Part shown: positions 44,375 through 56,700 of the stretch, one piece after another
How positions within the stretch are numbered: the stretch's first letter is position 1
Layout: the number at the start of each line of letters is the position of its first letter
NCBI GenBank assembly: GCA_964471165.1
Contig: CAYYEX010000003.1
Coordinates: 79,499 to 143,498 of the forward strand
DNA: 64,000 nt
Origin: an uncultured Candidatus Saccharibacteria bacterium
GTDB lineage: Bacteria > Patescibacteriota > Minisyncoccia > Phycocordibacterales > UBA2100
Direction of reading: 5' to 3'
Notes under the pieces: model-generated
Seen by the model: the letters and a program-made list of their open reading frames with translations, nothing else
Told to the model about the DNA's origin: nothing
Databases searched by the model: none
Made by a program: the position numbers and the translations under genes

Positions 44375-46930
44375 TTATCGGATTAATATAAGTCTTGGGG
44401 CAAGTGCGCTGTTCCCCGCATCAGCCGCGCCCTCCCTTGAGTAGAATTCGACACCCCCCGCCTGCGCTTCGCTTGTTTTCTTAATTAACCACTGGAATGA
44501 GTTATTCAGCACATCCTGCGTTACATCCCATTCCATTTCACCGGTTTGATTGTTCAGTATCGTCACGGAAGGTGCTGTAGCTGCTGCGAACGTTCCCCCG
44601 TTCCACTGTGTTGAGCAGTCATCATTTTGGTTCTGTATGAGGATATCTGTTGCACAGTTCCAAGTCGCACCTTCTCCAGTACCGCGTGTGGATTGATTAT
44701 TTGGCAAGCCACTATCTTTGCCGTTGCCCTCAGCGAAACCCTCCGTAAGACGATGGGCATCAATTGTGCGACCAGACGCTCCCCAGCCAGTACCATTCTC
44801 GGCGATTGTAAGCACAAGTTTTGCAGATGTAAGGCCGCCGTGCGAATTAATATAGTTTGTTATAGCAGCATAATCGAATGCGACGAGTGAGCGATTATGT
44901 CCCGATGTTTGTACGAACAAATGTGGATTTGCGCCTTCGTTTCGGTTCTGCGCCCCTTCTCGCAAAAAGCTGTCCGCGATTGTGGTCAGTTCGAGTGGAG
45001 GAATTGGTATCCCGCTAATATAAATCCAGATATCAATTGATGTTGTGCGTATCGGATTGCCGTTGTCTGTGGCACTAAGGACAAACTTAACAGCAGCAGG
45101 TGTAGACGTTGGCGTCCACGAGAACTCGCCCGCTTGTGCGTCAAATGTCGCACCGTACGGTAACCCAGATGCAGACAGGGTTACGGCATCACCGTCAGGG
45201 TCGGTAGCTGAAACGGTGAATTGCAGGGGTGAGTTGAGGTTCACAGCCTGAACCTCGTAATACCCGTCGAATGTTGGTGCGCGATTTGTATTATTCACCG
45301 TAATCGAGATTGACTGACTCGACGAGGCTACAGGTGATCCATTGTCTGTCGCAACGAATGTAACGCTCGGGTACGTGCCTGCCTGTTCATACGTAGGTGT
45401 CCAGGAAAAAGTCCCCGTTTGTGAATCAAATGACGCGCCGCTCGGCAAATTGTTCGCGGACAAAGTGATGATATCCCCTTGATCAGAATCAGTCGCAGAA
45501 ACGGTGAATGTGAGCGTCTGATTTTCACCCACAGTCCTATTTCCGATTGGTGTGAGAACTGGTGCGTGATTTGGCGTAACGAACAATGGATTTGGCGTTA
45601 TAAACACGTCCTGCTCTGCATTTGTATCGCCCTGCACAACATTTGAAGCACTCGAATCAAAAACAATGTACTGTCCGTCATCACTCAGCGCGACAGTAAT
45701 ACCGCCGCCCGCCTGCGAGCCGTCGGCAGCAACACTTACGCGTACCGTAGATCCATTACTCATGTCATGGACGAACGTGTCGAAAACTCCGTTCGTGTCG
45801 CCTGTCACAAAATGTTCGTAAGCTGAACTGAATGCGACGTAACGGCCGTCAGCACTCATGGACAAATTACTCCTGTCTGCGTTTCCCTGACTGCCGTCTG
45901 AGGCGACATCTACGCGAGTCGTGACGCCCGTCATCATGTCATGGACAAATACATCTTCGCCGGCAATATCACCCGCGGCATTCGTGTCGTTTGGGACAAG
46001 ATTGGAAGCAAAGGATGCAAATGCCACATAGCGCCCGTCTGCACTGATAGCTATTCTGGCCTTCCCATCTGATGAGGAATTTCCTTGGCTTCCATCTGAC
46101 GCAACACTAGCGAGGCTGGTTGAACCGGTTACCAGGTCGTGAACAAACGTGTCAGCAGCTCCATTTGTGTCGCCTGGCACGAGGCTGGAGTCTGTAGAGA
46201 TAAATACGACGTACCGCCCGTCTGAGCTTATTGTCGGGGTTATTACAACGCCGCCATTTCCCTGACTGCCGTCAGAGGCAACATCGACCCGAATCGTGGT
46301 ACCTGTTAACCGGTCATGAACAAATGCGTCAGGAGCTCCATTTGTATCCCCTGCAACAAGATTGGAAGCGCTTGATATAAATACAACATAACGACCATTT
46401 GCGCTTATTGTTCCCCCGCTAGAGTTCGCATTTCCTTGGCTGCCGTCAGACGCAACGCTCACGCGGGATGTGGTACCTGTCACCGTATCATGCAGAAACA
46501 CATCACTCTGCGCGTTAGAATCGCCTGCTACAAGATTTGATGCGCTTGAAACAAATGCGACGTAACGACCATCTGCGCTTATCGTGGCAACTTGTGAGTC
46601 CCCGTTTGCCTGAGTGCCGTCGGACGCCACATTGACTCGTGATGTAATACCATTCAACCTGTCGTGAACGAAAATATCCGTCCCAACAGCACTTGAAGCG
46701 TTATTCGTATCGCCCGGTACGAGATTGTCCGCACGGGATTCAAATGCCACGTATCGAGCATCTGCACTAATCGAGCCGCGCGTGGATACTGAATTCCCTT
46801 GAGTCCCGTCAGACGCAACACTTACAAGTTGCGGAAATGTGTCTGCGAATACAGGCAATGCAAGTAACAGGGATAAAGCAACTACTCCCAAAACAGTGCC
46901 CGTACCGCGAGCTGTTGAAATTGTGTGCAT
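44375..46930 (-). CDS. secreted PD40/TolB-like beta-propeller repeat protein with two cadherin-like or He_PIG-like Ig domains and a C-terminal globular domain
   Basis: Signal MHTISTARGTGTVLGVVALSLLLALPVFA chosen as the start. About eight copies of SVASDGSQGN..S....ISADGRYVAF.S.ASNLV.GDTNG..DVFVHD..TG.T.RV. Then two HAPVLTPIGNRTV...ATDSDQGD... units. Confidence 0.6.
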   Translation of the reverse strand: MHTISTARGTGTVLGVVALSLLLALPVFADTFPQLVSVASDGTQGNSVSTRGSISADARYVAFESRADNLVPGDTNNASSAVGTDIFVHDRLNGITSRVNVASDGTQANGDSQVATISADGRYVAFVSSASNLVAGDSNAQSDVFLHDTVTGTTSRVSVASDGSQGNANSSGGTISANGRYVVFISSASNLVAGDTNGAPDAFVHDRLTGTTIRVDVASDGSQGNGGVVITPTISSDGRYVVFISTDSSLVPGDTNGAADTFVHDLVTGSTSLASVASDGSQGNSSSDGKARIAISADGRYVAFASFASNLVPNDTNAAGDIAGEDVFVHDMMTGVTTRVDVASDGSQGNADRSNLSMSADGRYVAFSSAYEHFVTGDTNGVFDTFVHDMSNGSTVRVSVAADGSQAGGGITVALSDDGQYIVFDSSASNVVQGDTNAEQDVFITPNPLFVTPNHAPVLTPIGNRTVGENQTLTFTVSATDSDQGDIITLSANNLPSGASFDSQTGTFSWTPTYEQAGTYPSVTFVATDNGSPVASSSQSISITVNNTNRAPTFDGYYEVQAVNLNSPLQFTVSATDPDGDAVTLSASGLPYGATFDAQAGEFSWTPTSTPAAVKFVLSATDNGNPIRTTSIDIWIYISGIPIPPLELTTIADSFLREGAQNRNEGANPHLFVQTSGHNRSLVAFDYAAITNYINSHGGLTSAKLVLTIAENGTGWGASGRTIDAHRLTEGFAEGNGKDSGLPNNQSTRGTGEGATWNCATDILIQNQNDDCSTQWNGGTFAAATAPSVTILNNQTGEMEWDVTQDVLNNSFQWLIKKTSEAQAGGVEFYSREGAADAGNSALAPRLILIR

Positions 46931-46996
46931 AGAGGTAAACAAATGATCGTAATGCGAATCATTGTAACAAACATTCAATTGAATATTTGTTCTTGT

Positions 46997-47683
46997 TTAC
47001 TGCAAGCCCATGTCTTTCGCCAGGAGCGTCATCGTTTCAGTGTTCTTTTCCAGCTCCTTGTATAGATTGGAGCGCTTGTTGAACTGCTCCTCGAGCTGCG
47101 GGATGAGGTCGTTGAGATATTGCTTGTGCGCATCTGTCACTTCTCCCCCATCATCAATGATGCGCTCAAACACTTCGTTGGTGTAGTAATCGGCACGATA
47201 GGACAATCCGCGGATATCAGCTATAACCTCGGCCTGTTTTTTGGCAATGGACACGAGCTCTCGCATCTCAGAGCGGTGGCGGAAAATCCCGAAAGAATGT
47301 GCGCGCTTATCGAGATTGTTCCGATGTGACTCAACCGCGTCTCCTTGTGTTTTTATCTCATCGATTTGCGCTTCTATATCGTTGAGGTGTGCAATTCCCT
47401 GTCGCGCTTTCTCAAGCCGCTCGGAGGTACTCATATCCACCTGAAGCACCTGCGCGAGTAACATGTCCACCTGCTGACGAATCGGATTTGCTTCGGCTCC
47501 CGGCTTGAATGCTGCAACAGCAAAACTTTGCTGTGCGGGCATGAATACCGCATATTCTTTCTCAAATTGTTCTTCGCTCCAGAGTGCATACACGCCGAGA
47601 GCGCCCAATACAAACACCGCCGCAAGTGTGATACGTGCAATCGTGCGGAGTGTACTTTTTGGTTTTCGAATTCTTGTGGTCAT
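46997..47683 (-). CDS. hypothetical N-anchored coiled-coil protein (228 aa)
   Basis: N-terminal TM (IARITLAAVFVLGALGVYALW). The rest is rich in E/K/Q/L and predicted helical. Confidence 0.45.
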   Translation of the reverse strand: MTTRIRKPKSTLRTIARITLAAVFVLGALGVYALWSEEQFEKEYAVFMPAQQSFAVAAFKPGAEANPIRQQVDMLLAQVLQVDMSTSERLEKARQGIAHLNDIEAQIDEIKTQGDAVESHRNNLDKRAHSFGIFRHRSEMRELVSIAKKQAEVIADIRGLSYRADYYTNEVFERIIDDGGEVTDAHKQYLNDLIPQLEEQFNKRSNLYKELEKNTETMTLLAKDMGLQ

Positions 47684-47716
47684 AGAATAGTGCGGATTGC
47701 TACAAACAAATCATCA

Positions 47717-50700
47717 TCACGGCGCGGCAGCCTCAAAGTAATTGGTGCCGGACTGCACGCCAGTCCCCGTCGGAATCGGAATCGCGATACCCCAGTAGAC
47801 GTCACTGCTCGTCGGCGTAGACGAGGCCGTTACCTTTGGAATACTCAGGCCCGCGTTCGTTGATGCGCCAGTGAGGAATGCACAAACCGAGCAGGCTGAA
47901 TACGTAAATGTACTTGTAGAGTACTGCTGACTACCGACCGGTATCGAGCCAAGCGCCGTCCCCGAGAGTCGAATATCTGTCGGAACGTTTCCGGTATTGA
48001 GTACCGTGGTCGTAGCGACACGAGAGCCCGTGTCGGAGCCTGGCGTCATGCCAGGAACGGCGTCGTCATCGTATGTAATAGAGGTGCTCACCGATAGTCC
48101 GCGCACCGTGAGCATCTCCGCACCACTTGATGTGGCAGACCCATAGAGACCCGAGGCATCTCGTACACGCACACTTGCAAGCCAGTTTTCAGCACTATAC
48201 GTAGTGCCCGAATCGGTTGGGTCTGCGAAATACTGCACCAACGCCGAGCACGTGAGTGTGCACGAATTACCAGAACATAGGGTGAGCGAGCACGACGGAA
48301 CCTTGTAGCAGTTGTTGTCGTTGCCTGTGCACGAGGAGCCGACACCGGAGCGGAATATTGATGACGACGCCGCCAAGATGTCGGTGTATCCGTTGAGGTC
48401 GGTTACGGTACCAGTTGCAGATATTGTGGTTGTGGTGCCTTCGGTGAGCGGGATTCCGGAGATTGTTTGGCTCAGCGGCCAATTGAAGTTTGTGATAGAC
48501 GGTGAGTGAGCAATTACCACTTCGGCAACGTGGTCGTAACTATCGAGGCTACCCGGGAACGCCAGTGATGGGCGCGATGTGCGGAAACAGTATGCACTTG
48601 CGATCGCATTTGTGGTGAGCTGGAAATTATATTCGACTTCGGTCGCATAGTTTGTTCCGACATTGTTCGAGGACGAATCATTCGATGGATCCTCGACCGC
48701 CTTGCCTTGGACAAAGCTCATGTTTGCCGGACGGGAGAGCAAGTCTGAAATTGCGGCCTGGTCGGCAAATTGCGAAGACGTGGTCATACATGCCGCTTTG
48801 CCGTTACATCCAGAAGAAGTTTTCGGTACATCCTCGTAGTCATTGTATGAAACAGATTCGCAGTTTAACGAATTACCCTTCGGCGCAAATTGCAGACGCA
48901 GCTGCTCGCTCGTGAGTGCAGAGCCGGTATTTTGCACGGTGAAGCGCACACGTAGGTTCTGCCCCGTCTGCATACCATTGAGCACAGTGTCTTCCGCTGC
49001 AGCCCAAGTCGCGCCTCCACTCGTTTGTTCACCGCCGAAGAGATACGTCGGTGCCGCAGCAACATACGGACGGGCCGAATAGAAGTCCCAGCCTCCGTGC
49101 TGGTACCAGAAGCCGAAGCCCATACCACCTGTTGTGTACGCAGAACTTGTGCCGCTGACGGTTGCGAACACCGCACCCGCGCTGTTGTAGACCGTTACAT
49201 TGATCGCGTTGCCAGCGCTCAGCCAGTCAATCTTCACCTCATACCAACCAGTCGTAAACGTTACTGTTGTAGACGCAATCAACGTACCGCTACCGTCGTT
49301 CGATGTTGCATCTTTCACGAGTGCCACCTTTTCAGTCGGGTACTGATCGAGACAGACCGCATAGTTCGAACCGGAACCCTGTACCGCAAAGAACGTACAC
49401 GGCTCATCTTCCCAATCGATATCCATGTACTGGAAGAAGCGAATCGTACTGTCGCGCGGAATCAGCGAGCCAGCGCGGTAGACACCACCAGCGGTTGTCT
49501 TTGAACTTCTCTGATCGGGGTCAGGCGGTTGTCTCGCAGCAAGTCCATAGGTGTAATTGTGCTGGAAGCCCGCATTTGTACCAAAATACACATTCGGAGT
49601 GTCCGCGTTCGTATATTCCGTAATGTTATTGTCCTCGAAGTCGTCGAAGAATGTGAAGGTGTTTGATCCGTCACCACCGTCCGATACCCCTGAGTTCCCA
49701 TAGTACATATAGACAACAGCAGAACCGTTTGCGGGAATTGACGAAAGTCGCACCCAGACGGTCGACGATGCAGAGGCGATCGATTTCTCTATATAGTATG
49801 GGATGGTTGTTGTGCCGGTTGAGTCGGTGAAACGCAAGTCTTCGAAGTCACTCTGCATATCAGAATCGTAATCAACGACGATCTGCACTGCCTGATTTGT
49901 GAGTGTGCTTGCTGTAGAATTTGAGATCGCAATTCTCTTTCGCTTCGTCCACGACGCGTTGTACCATTCGCTGTCCGGCACGCCAACGCCACCGTCGTCT
50001 GCACGCCATCGGTAATGGCCCTGGTTCACGAACAGACACGCGCTGTCGCTCCATCGTACTGAGCCGCACGAGTCTCCCCCGTCGCTGTCGTAGCTTTCTC
50101 CGGCGAAGTTTCCATTGTGGTTGAGGAACGTCCACGCGCTGATTGGACTCCCCGTGCGCACAACGTTGAAGCCACTCGATATACCGGTTGTCGTTGCAAA
50201 CGAAACGTAGTTAATTTGCTTACTTGCGTTGGCATCTATTACCGAGCCGGCAAGCGTAATCATCGCGCCGCCGGTTACACCGAGCTGGATGTCGCCGTAA
50301 TCGAGCGAGGTGATGCTCGGAGTCCCCGAGAAGTTTAGACCGCTCGGGTCGGTATTTCGGATTTGGTAGTGTGATGCGTTGAGCGTGCCGCCCGTTACAG
50401 AGAACGCAAAGCGTCCGGCCCCTTGATTCTGAATCGTAGTCGTGGCGGTTGATCCCAAGATTTCGAGTGTGCCGCCGGAGAGCGTAACCGATGAAGAGGA
50501 TGCTATTTTTACATTCACCCTGCGAGATAAGCCTCCGAGCAACGTTCCGTCGAAGTCGTATGCGTAATTCCAGTAATCCGTGCCCGTGGAGTGAACAAAC
50601 GCACCCCAGATATAGAGATCGCCGTCGACTGACGTGCCATCGATTGCCGCGTTGTCCTGCGAATACAAAGAGCCCGTACTGTTGACCGTCGTTGTCGCAG

Positions 50701-53700
50701 CGGTTGAATTCCACATGCGCACATGTGTGCTTGTCCCAACAGAGAGCGTCCCGTATACGTCACTGCCTGCAGACTTTGTATTAATAGAGTAACTCGTTCC
50801 GGAGTAAAGCGAGAGCGTGGTTGTTGCCCATGTGGTTGCGGCACCACCCACGCCATTGGTGAATACGCCGCCAACCGCAAGTGTTTTTCCGTTTGCGAGC
50901 GTGAACGATGCTGCTGCACTAATAGTGGTGTCTACAGTTGAAGTCGCATTTTGCGAAATAGTCCAACCGCCGGTTGCACTATTAAATATGAGGGATGCAA
51001 AACTTGAACTGCCCGTGTCCACAGTCTTCCCTGTTGTTGTTGCGTTCAATGTAACGGTGCCACTACCCGCAGTAAATCCGCCACCCGCCGTATTCCAGGA
51101 ACCCCCGACCGTAAATACTCCAGTCGGCAATGTGGTAGTGCCGTTCAAAATCGTAAAGTCGCGCGTCGCTGTTGCATTTGTGTCTGAGAACGTCCAGCCT
51201 CCGCCGACACCGTCGACGAGCACATTGTAGAGCGACGAGCCCCCGGTCCGTATCAACTTACCGGTAGCGTTTGCAGTGAGCTTGAGTGTTCCGGTGCCAA
51301 CTGTGAGCGTGCCAAAATTCTGGATTGAACCACCGACTGTAAGCTGTGTTGTGGGTGCAGTCACTGTTCCAGTTGTTACGGTGAAATTGTTTGACGATGT
51401 TGCGGTCGAATCTACGAACGACCACGTGCCGCCTGAACCATTGAAGTCGATGTTATAGAGTGAGCTGCCGTTCACACGCACGCTCTTGCCAGAGGCGGTC
51501 GAATTCAGAAGCACCGTACCGTTGTTGTGCTGGAAGATGCCGCCCGTGTTTTGGAACGAGCCGCCGATTGTCGTAGTTGCACTCGGCATCGTTACTGTGC
51601 CTGTTGTAATCGTGAAGTCGTTGAGCGCAGTCATTGTACTGCTGCCGAAAGCCCAGTTGCCGCCGATTCCATTAAAGACAACGTTGTACAAACTAGAGGT
51701 ATTGAGCGTAATTGTTTTTCCGGTGGTCGTTGCGGTCATGGTGAACGTGGAGAGCGCGCTCGTGAGTGTGGCTCCACTGTCTATTAATAGAGAGCCGCCG
51801 ATTGAGTGCGCTTGTGCGCCAGATGCAGTGAAGGTTGCCCCCGGGAATACTTCGAGCGTACCGTCCCACGCAGTTCCCGAGCCCCCGCTGGTAAGCGTGA
51901 CGTTACCTGCCGGCGCAAAAGTCTTGTTTGTAAACACGATGAGTTTGATGTTCGGCTCGACTACGAGCGTGTTTGTGCCGGCAATCGTTGCATTGAACGG
52001 AATATCGCTATCCTGGTCGGAGTCGTATTGCGTCATCGCTGCGATCGTTATTGGGTTTACATCTTCGTGACGAACAATCACGCGATTCTCGTAGAGATGC
52101 ATGTTGGAAATACTGCTAATCGGATCAACAGAGACGTTCGCAGCACGTCGCCCACCAGCAGTGTCGAGGAATACAGTAATAGTGTCCCCTGGATTGAACG
52201 CAACACCCGGGATTGAATAGAGGCCAGTCGACGAATTGCACGAAGATGTGTAGCTCCCGGCTCCCTGAATCTTCAGTCGTACAACTTGAGTGGAGTTATC
52301 GCAGACGGTACTCACGGTTGTTCCTTCGTCGGAATACACATTGCCCTCGATTGTGATGTTGGACGCGCTGTCATCCCATCGGAGGTAGCCCGGATCACCC
52401 GCTGGATCAGAGTCGAGTGCCTCGCCGTCGAAGTCGCCGTAGTGCAGATTGAATTTCCATGATGAAACCGAACTCCCGGTCGCAAGCACGTTGAATCCTG
52501 ACCCCACTGCGGTGGAGAAATTGTTTCGTGCGAAAATCTTGAGCGGATTTGCGTCAATAACTGAGCTGGCAACCGTAATCATCGTGCCACCGTTCACATT
52601 CAGGAGATAGTCACCGTCGGAAAGCGAGGTGATGGTCGGCGCTCCCGAGAAACTAAGTCCGTTCGTGTCGGTATCGCGCAACTGATAGTACTGCGCATTG
52701 AATGTGCCACCTGTGACCGTGAACGCATAGCGACCCGCCCCTTGATTGGCAATGGTTGTCGTGGCGGTACTCGTGCCTGCGATATCGAGTCCTCCACCTG
52801 AGAATGTGAGCGAACTTGATGTTGCAATGCGCACACTCACCGCGCGCGGTGTTGAAGTACTCAGCGACGTGCCGTCGAAGTCGGTTACATAGCTCCAGTA
52901 GTCATTGCCAGAGGAGCGCGTGTAGGCTCCCCAGATGTAGAGGCTGCCATCAACTCCTGCGTGGTCCTGCGAGTAGAGCGAACCAGTGGAGTTTACGGTC
53001 GTTGTCGCAGCCGAAGAGTTCCACATGCGCACACGGGTGGAAGCATCAACAAGCAGTGTTCCGTATGTGTCTCCCGTGCTCGAACGTGTGTTGAGTGAGT
53101 AACTTGTACCCGAGTAGAGCGAGAGCGTCGACGTTGCCCACGTTGTCGCAGAATCAGTAACCGAGTTGGTGAACGTGCCACCGACCGCGAGTGTTCTGTT
53201 CGGTGAGAGCGTGAACGCACTTGCGTTGGTAATCGACATGTCGTTTGTCGACGTAGCGTTTTGTGAGATCGTCCATCCGCCGCCTATACCGTTAAACACA
53301 AGTCGGTAGAACGAAGATGCCCCTGGATCTATCGTTTCTCCGGTGTCAGTCGAGTTAAAGTTTACGTCGCCGTTTGAATGCGTAAACGCACCCGCGTTAC
53401 TCCAACTGCCGCCAACATTGAACACGTTCACGTTCGAGGCGGTCACTATACTCGACGCCCCGATTGCTACGTTGCCGCTCACTGTGACCGTCGGATCGTT
53501 CGTGTTTATATCTACGGATACCGGATTCGCGCCACCGATATTCAATGCGGTTGCAGAGAGCGACCCTCCGCGAAGTGTGTACACCGGTGTACCCGCAGTT
53601 GCAGGAGTGAAATAGAGTGCCGCGTAGGACGTATCGGCAATCGTTGTGGCAGCGCTCGAGGTAAAGAAGAACGGCGCAGTCTGTGCATTGAATGTACCGT

Positions 53701-56700
53701 TCACGATAAACGGTGTGTTTGCGCCGGTGAGTACCCAATTCGTGGAACTCGCGTTGAGCGTCTGTCCGGTTGCAATAATGAGCGCGTTGGAAACAGTCGT
53801 GGAACCGACACCCGTTTTGGATGTGGTATCTGTGGTGCCCGAGCCAAATACAAGACTGTTGAAACTCCACGGCGAAACACTGCCGAAGACGCCCGTTGCT
53901 GAGAGTTGTACGGTACCGCCAGTCATCGCGATTGTACCCGCGCCGGTCATGCTTCCCGCAGAAACATGAAGGTCTCCCGTGCCAGATAGCGTACCCGCAC
54001 TTATCGTAAACGTGTTGCTTGCAGTGGTCGTGGCCGTACTCACAAGCGACCATCCGCCGCCTACTCCGTTAAAGATGAGGTCGTAGAATGAAATCGGAAT
54101 GCTGGAATAGATGACCTTGCCAGACGTGGTCGCGGTAAATGTGAACGTTGAGTTCGCCGTCGTAAACGTGGCACCCGAAGCAACAGCAAGTCCGCCGCCG
54201 ATGCCGTGTGTCTCGGTACCGGTTGCGACGAATGCCGAGCTTGTGGCAAGCATGAGTCTGCCGTCACGTGCATCACCTGAGCCACCGCTTGTAAGCGTTA
54301 CGTTTCCCCCCGGTGTAAATGTTTTTCCTGCCCACACGTAGAGTTCGGTGTTTGGACTCAGTGTAAATGTTGCCGGTGGTGTGCTCGTGGCGGCGGCAAA
54401 CGGAATGTCGGAGTCCTGTGTATTTGTGAACACAGCAACCTGCTCAATCGTAATCGGCGAGGTGTCCTCATGGCGGACAATGACCGCATTTTCATACAAA
54501 TCAAAGTTTGCAATGTCGGTCGTTGGAGTGCGCGAAATGGTAACCGCTCGCCTGCCGCCGTTTGTGTCGAGAAACGCAGTGAGCACGACTTCGCCGGCGA
54601 TTGCGACGCCCGCAATTGAATACGCTCCCGTACCTGCGTTGCACGAACCAGTATATGAGGTCACACCGTTTACAACCACACGTACCGACTGTGTCGAGCC
54701 GTCACATGGTGGATTTCCGATTGCAGTGGCGCCATTGTCCGAGTACACCCGACCGGCGACTGTGATGGTGAGATTCGAGTCATCCCATCGGATGAATCCG
54801 GGATTTCCACCTGGATCGATATCAAAACTTTCACCCGCATAATTTCCATAGTGATTACGGAACCACCAATACGAACTCGGTGTTCCCGTTTCGGTAATGT
54901 TGAATCCTGTGGTGATGCCGGTCGAGGTTGCAAAACTTGCACGTTGAATCTGCAGCGCAGCGTTTGCATCGACTACGGTACTTGCAATCGTGAGCATTGT
55001 GCCTCCGTTTGAACTCAAGACGTAATCGCCGTCGGCAAGTGAAGTCACGGACACTGAGCCTGATATATTGAGACCGTTTGCATCGGTGTTTCGTACACGA
55101 TAGTACTGCGCGTTGATGGTGCCGCCTGCAACATTCAATGCATATGCGCCTGCTCCCTGATTCGAGACGGTGCTCGATGCGGTTGCGGAGCCGATGAATT
55201 GCAGGAGTCCCCCATTGAACGTGAGTGTCGAGGACGAGGCGACTTTTACATTGACCGCGCGTGCGGAACCGCCGAGCGGCGTACCGTCGAAGTCGTTTCC
55301 GTAGGTCCAGAATTCGGTACCAGCACCGCGCGTGTAGTCGCCGTAGATATAGAGGTCTCCATCGACGCCCGCATTGTCTTGTGAATACAGTGAGCTCCCT
55401 GATCCGACCACCGCAATCGTCGTCGAGGAATTCCACATACTTACCTTTGTGCTCGTAGAGAGCACCAGTGTCGCGTACGAATCCCCCGCATTCGTTTTTG
55501 TATTAATAGAGTACGTACCGCCCGAATACAACGTGAGCGTAGTGCCAGTCCATGTCGTGCTCGCCGGTGCAAGCGAGTTCGTGAACGTGCCTCCCACGCC
55601 GAGCGCGAAACCGCTCGTGAGCACAAATGATGCCGCATTGTTGAGAATAAAGTTATTTGTTGACGTTGCGCTCTGCGAGATGGTCCAGCCACCGGTGGCG
55701 CTGTCGAAGAGCGTGTTATAGAACGAAGATGCGCCCGGTTGAATGGTGTATCCCGACCCTGCGGCATTGAATCGCACGGAGCCGTTGTTGTGCATAAAGG
55801 CACCACCCGCATTCGTCCATGAGCCACCAACCGCAAAGGTTCCGGATGGAAGCGTGGGCGTACCGCTTTCAAAGCGGACACTACCGGTTGACGTTGCAGA
55901 AGCATCGTTAAAGGTCCACGTGCCGCCGGAGCCGGAAAACGTAAGGTTGAATGTATCGGAGCCGGAGAACTGCAGTACCTGCGCGTTCGTTGCAGTGAGT
56001 TTTAGTGTGCCGTTGTTATGCGCAAACGAACCGCCAGTTTTTATGAATGAGCCTCCAACCACGAGTGTTCCTGTTGGGAATGTCACCGCACCCTGCGTGA
56101 TGCGCATTGTTCTGGATGACGTGGCGTTCGCGCTACCAAACGACCACGCTCCAGTGCCTGAGAATGTGAGGTCGTAGAAACTCGAGGCGCCGGGAGTTAC
56201 CGATTTACCGGCGGACGCAGCGTTAAACAGAACGACTCCATTGTTGTGCTGGAACGTACCAGCACTTGTTGTAAACGAGCCCGTAACCGTCGTGGTGGAA
56301 GAAGGAAGCGTAACTGTTCCCGCAGTGAGCGTGAGGTCGTTGCCGGCAGTAACAGGACCGGTGAATGCCCAGTTTCCTCCAGTACCGTTGAAGACAATAT
56401 TGTAGAAACTTGAAGAGCCCGGCGTGATTGTCTTTCCCGTTGTCGTTGCCGTAAACGAAACCGTTCCATTCTGTGCAAGAAATGAGTTGTTATTTGTGAA
56501 ATTGCCCAGAATCTCGAGCGCGTAGTTACTGTTTACGTTGAACGTGTCGTCAGCGCCGATTGTAAGATTGGTAACTTTTGCGGCCGCACCGAGAAGTACG
56601 GTTTTCGCAGTTCCGTCAATGGTTGTGGTACCGAGGTCCTGTTTTGCAACCGTATTATCCGTCCATGTCGAAGACGACGTCCCGTCGAATGTTGTCGTTG

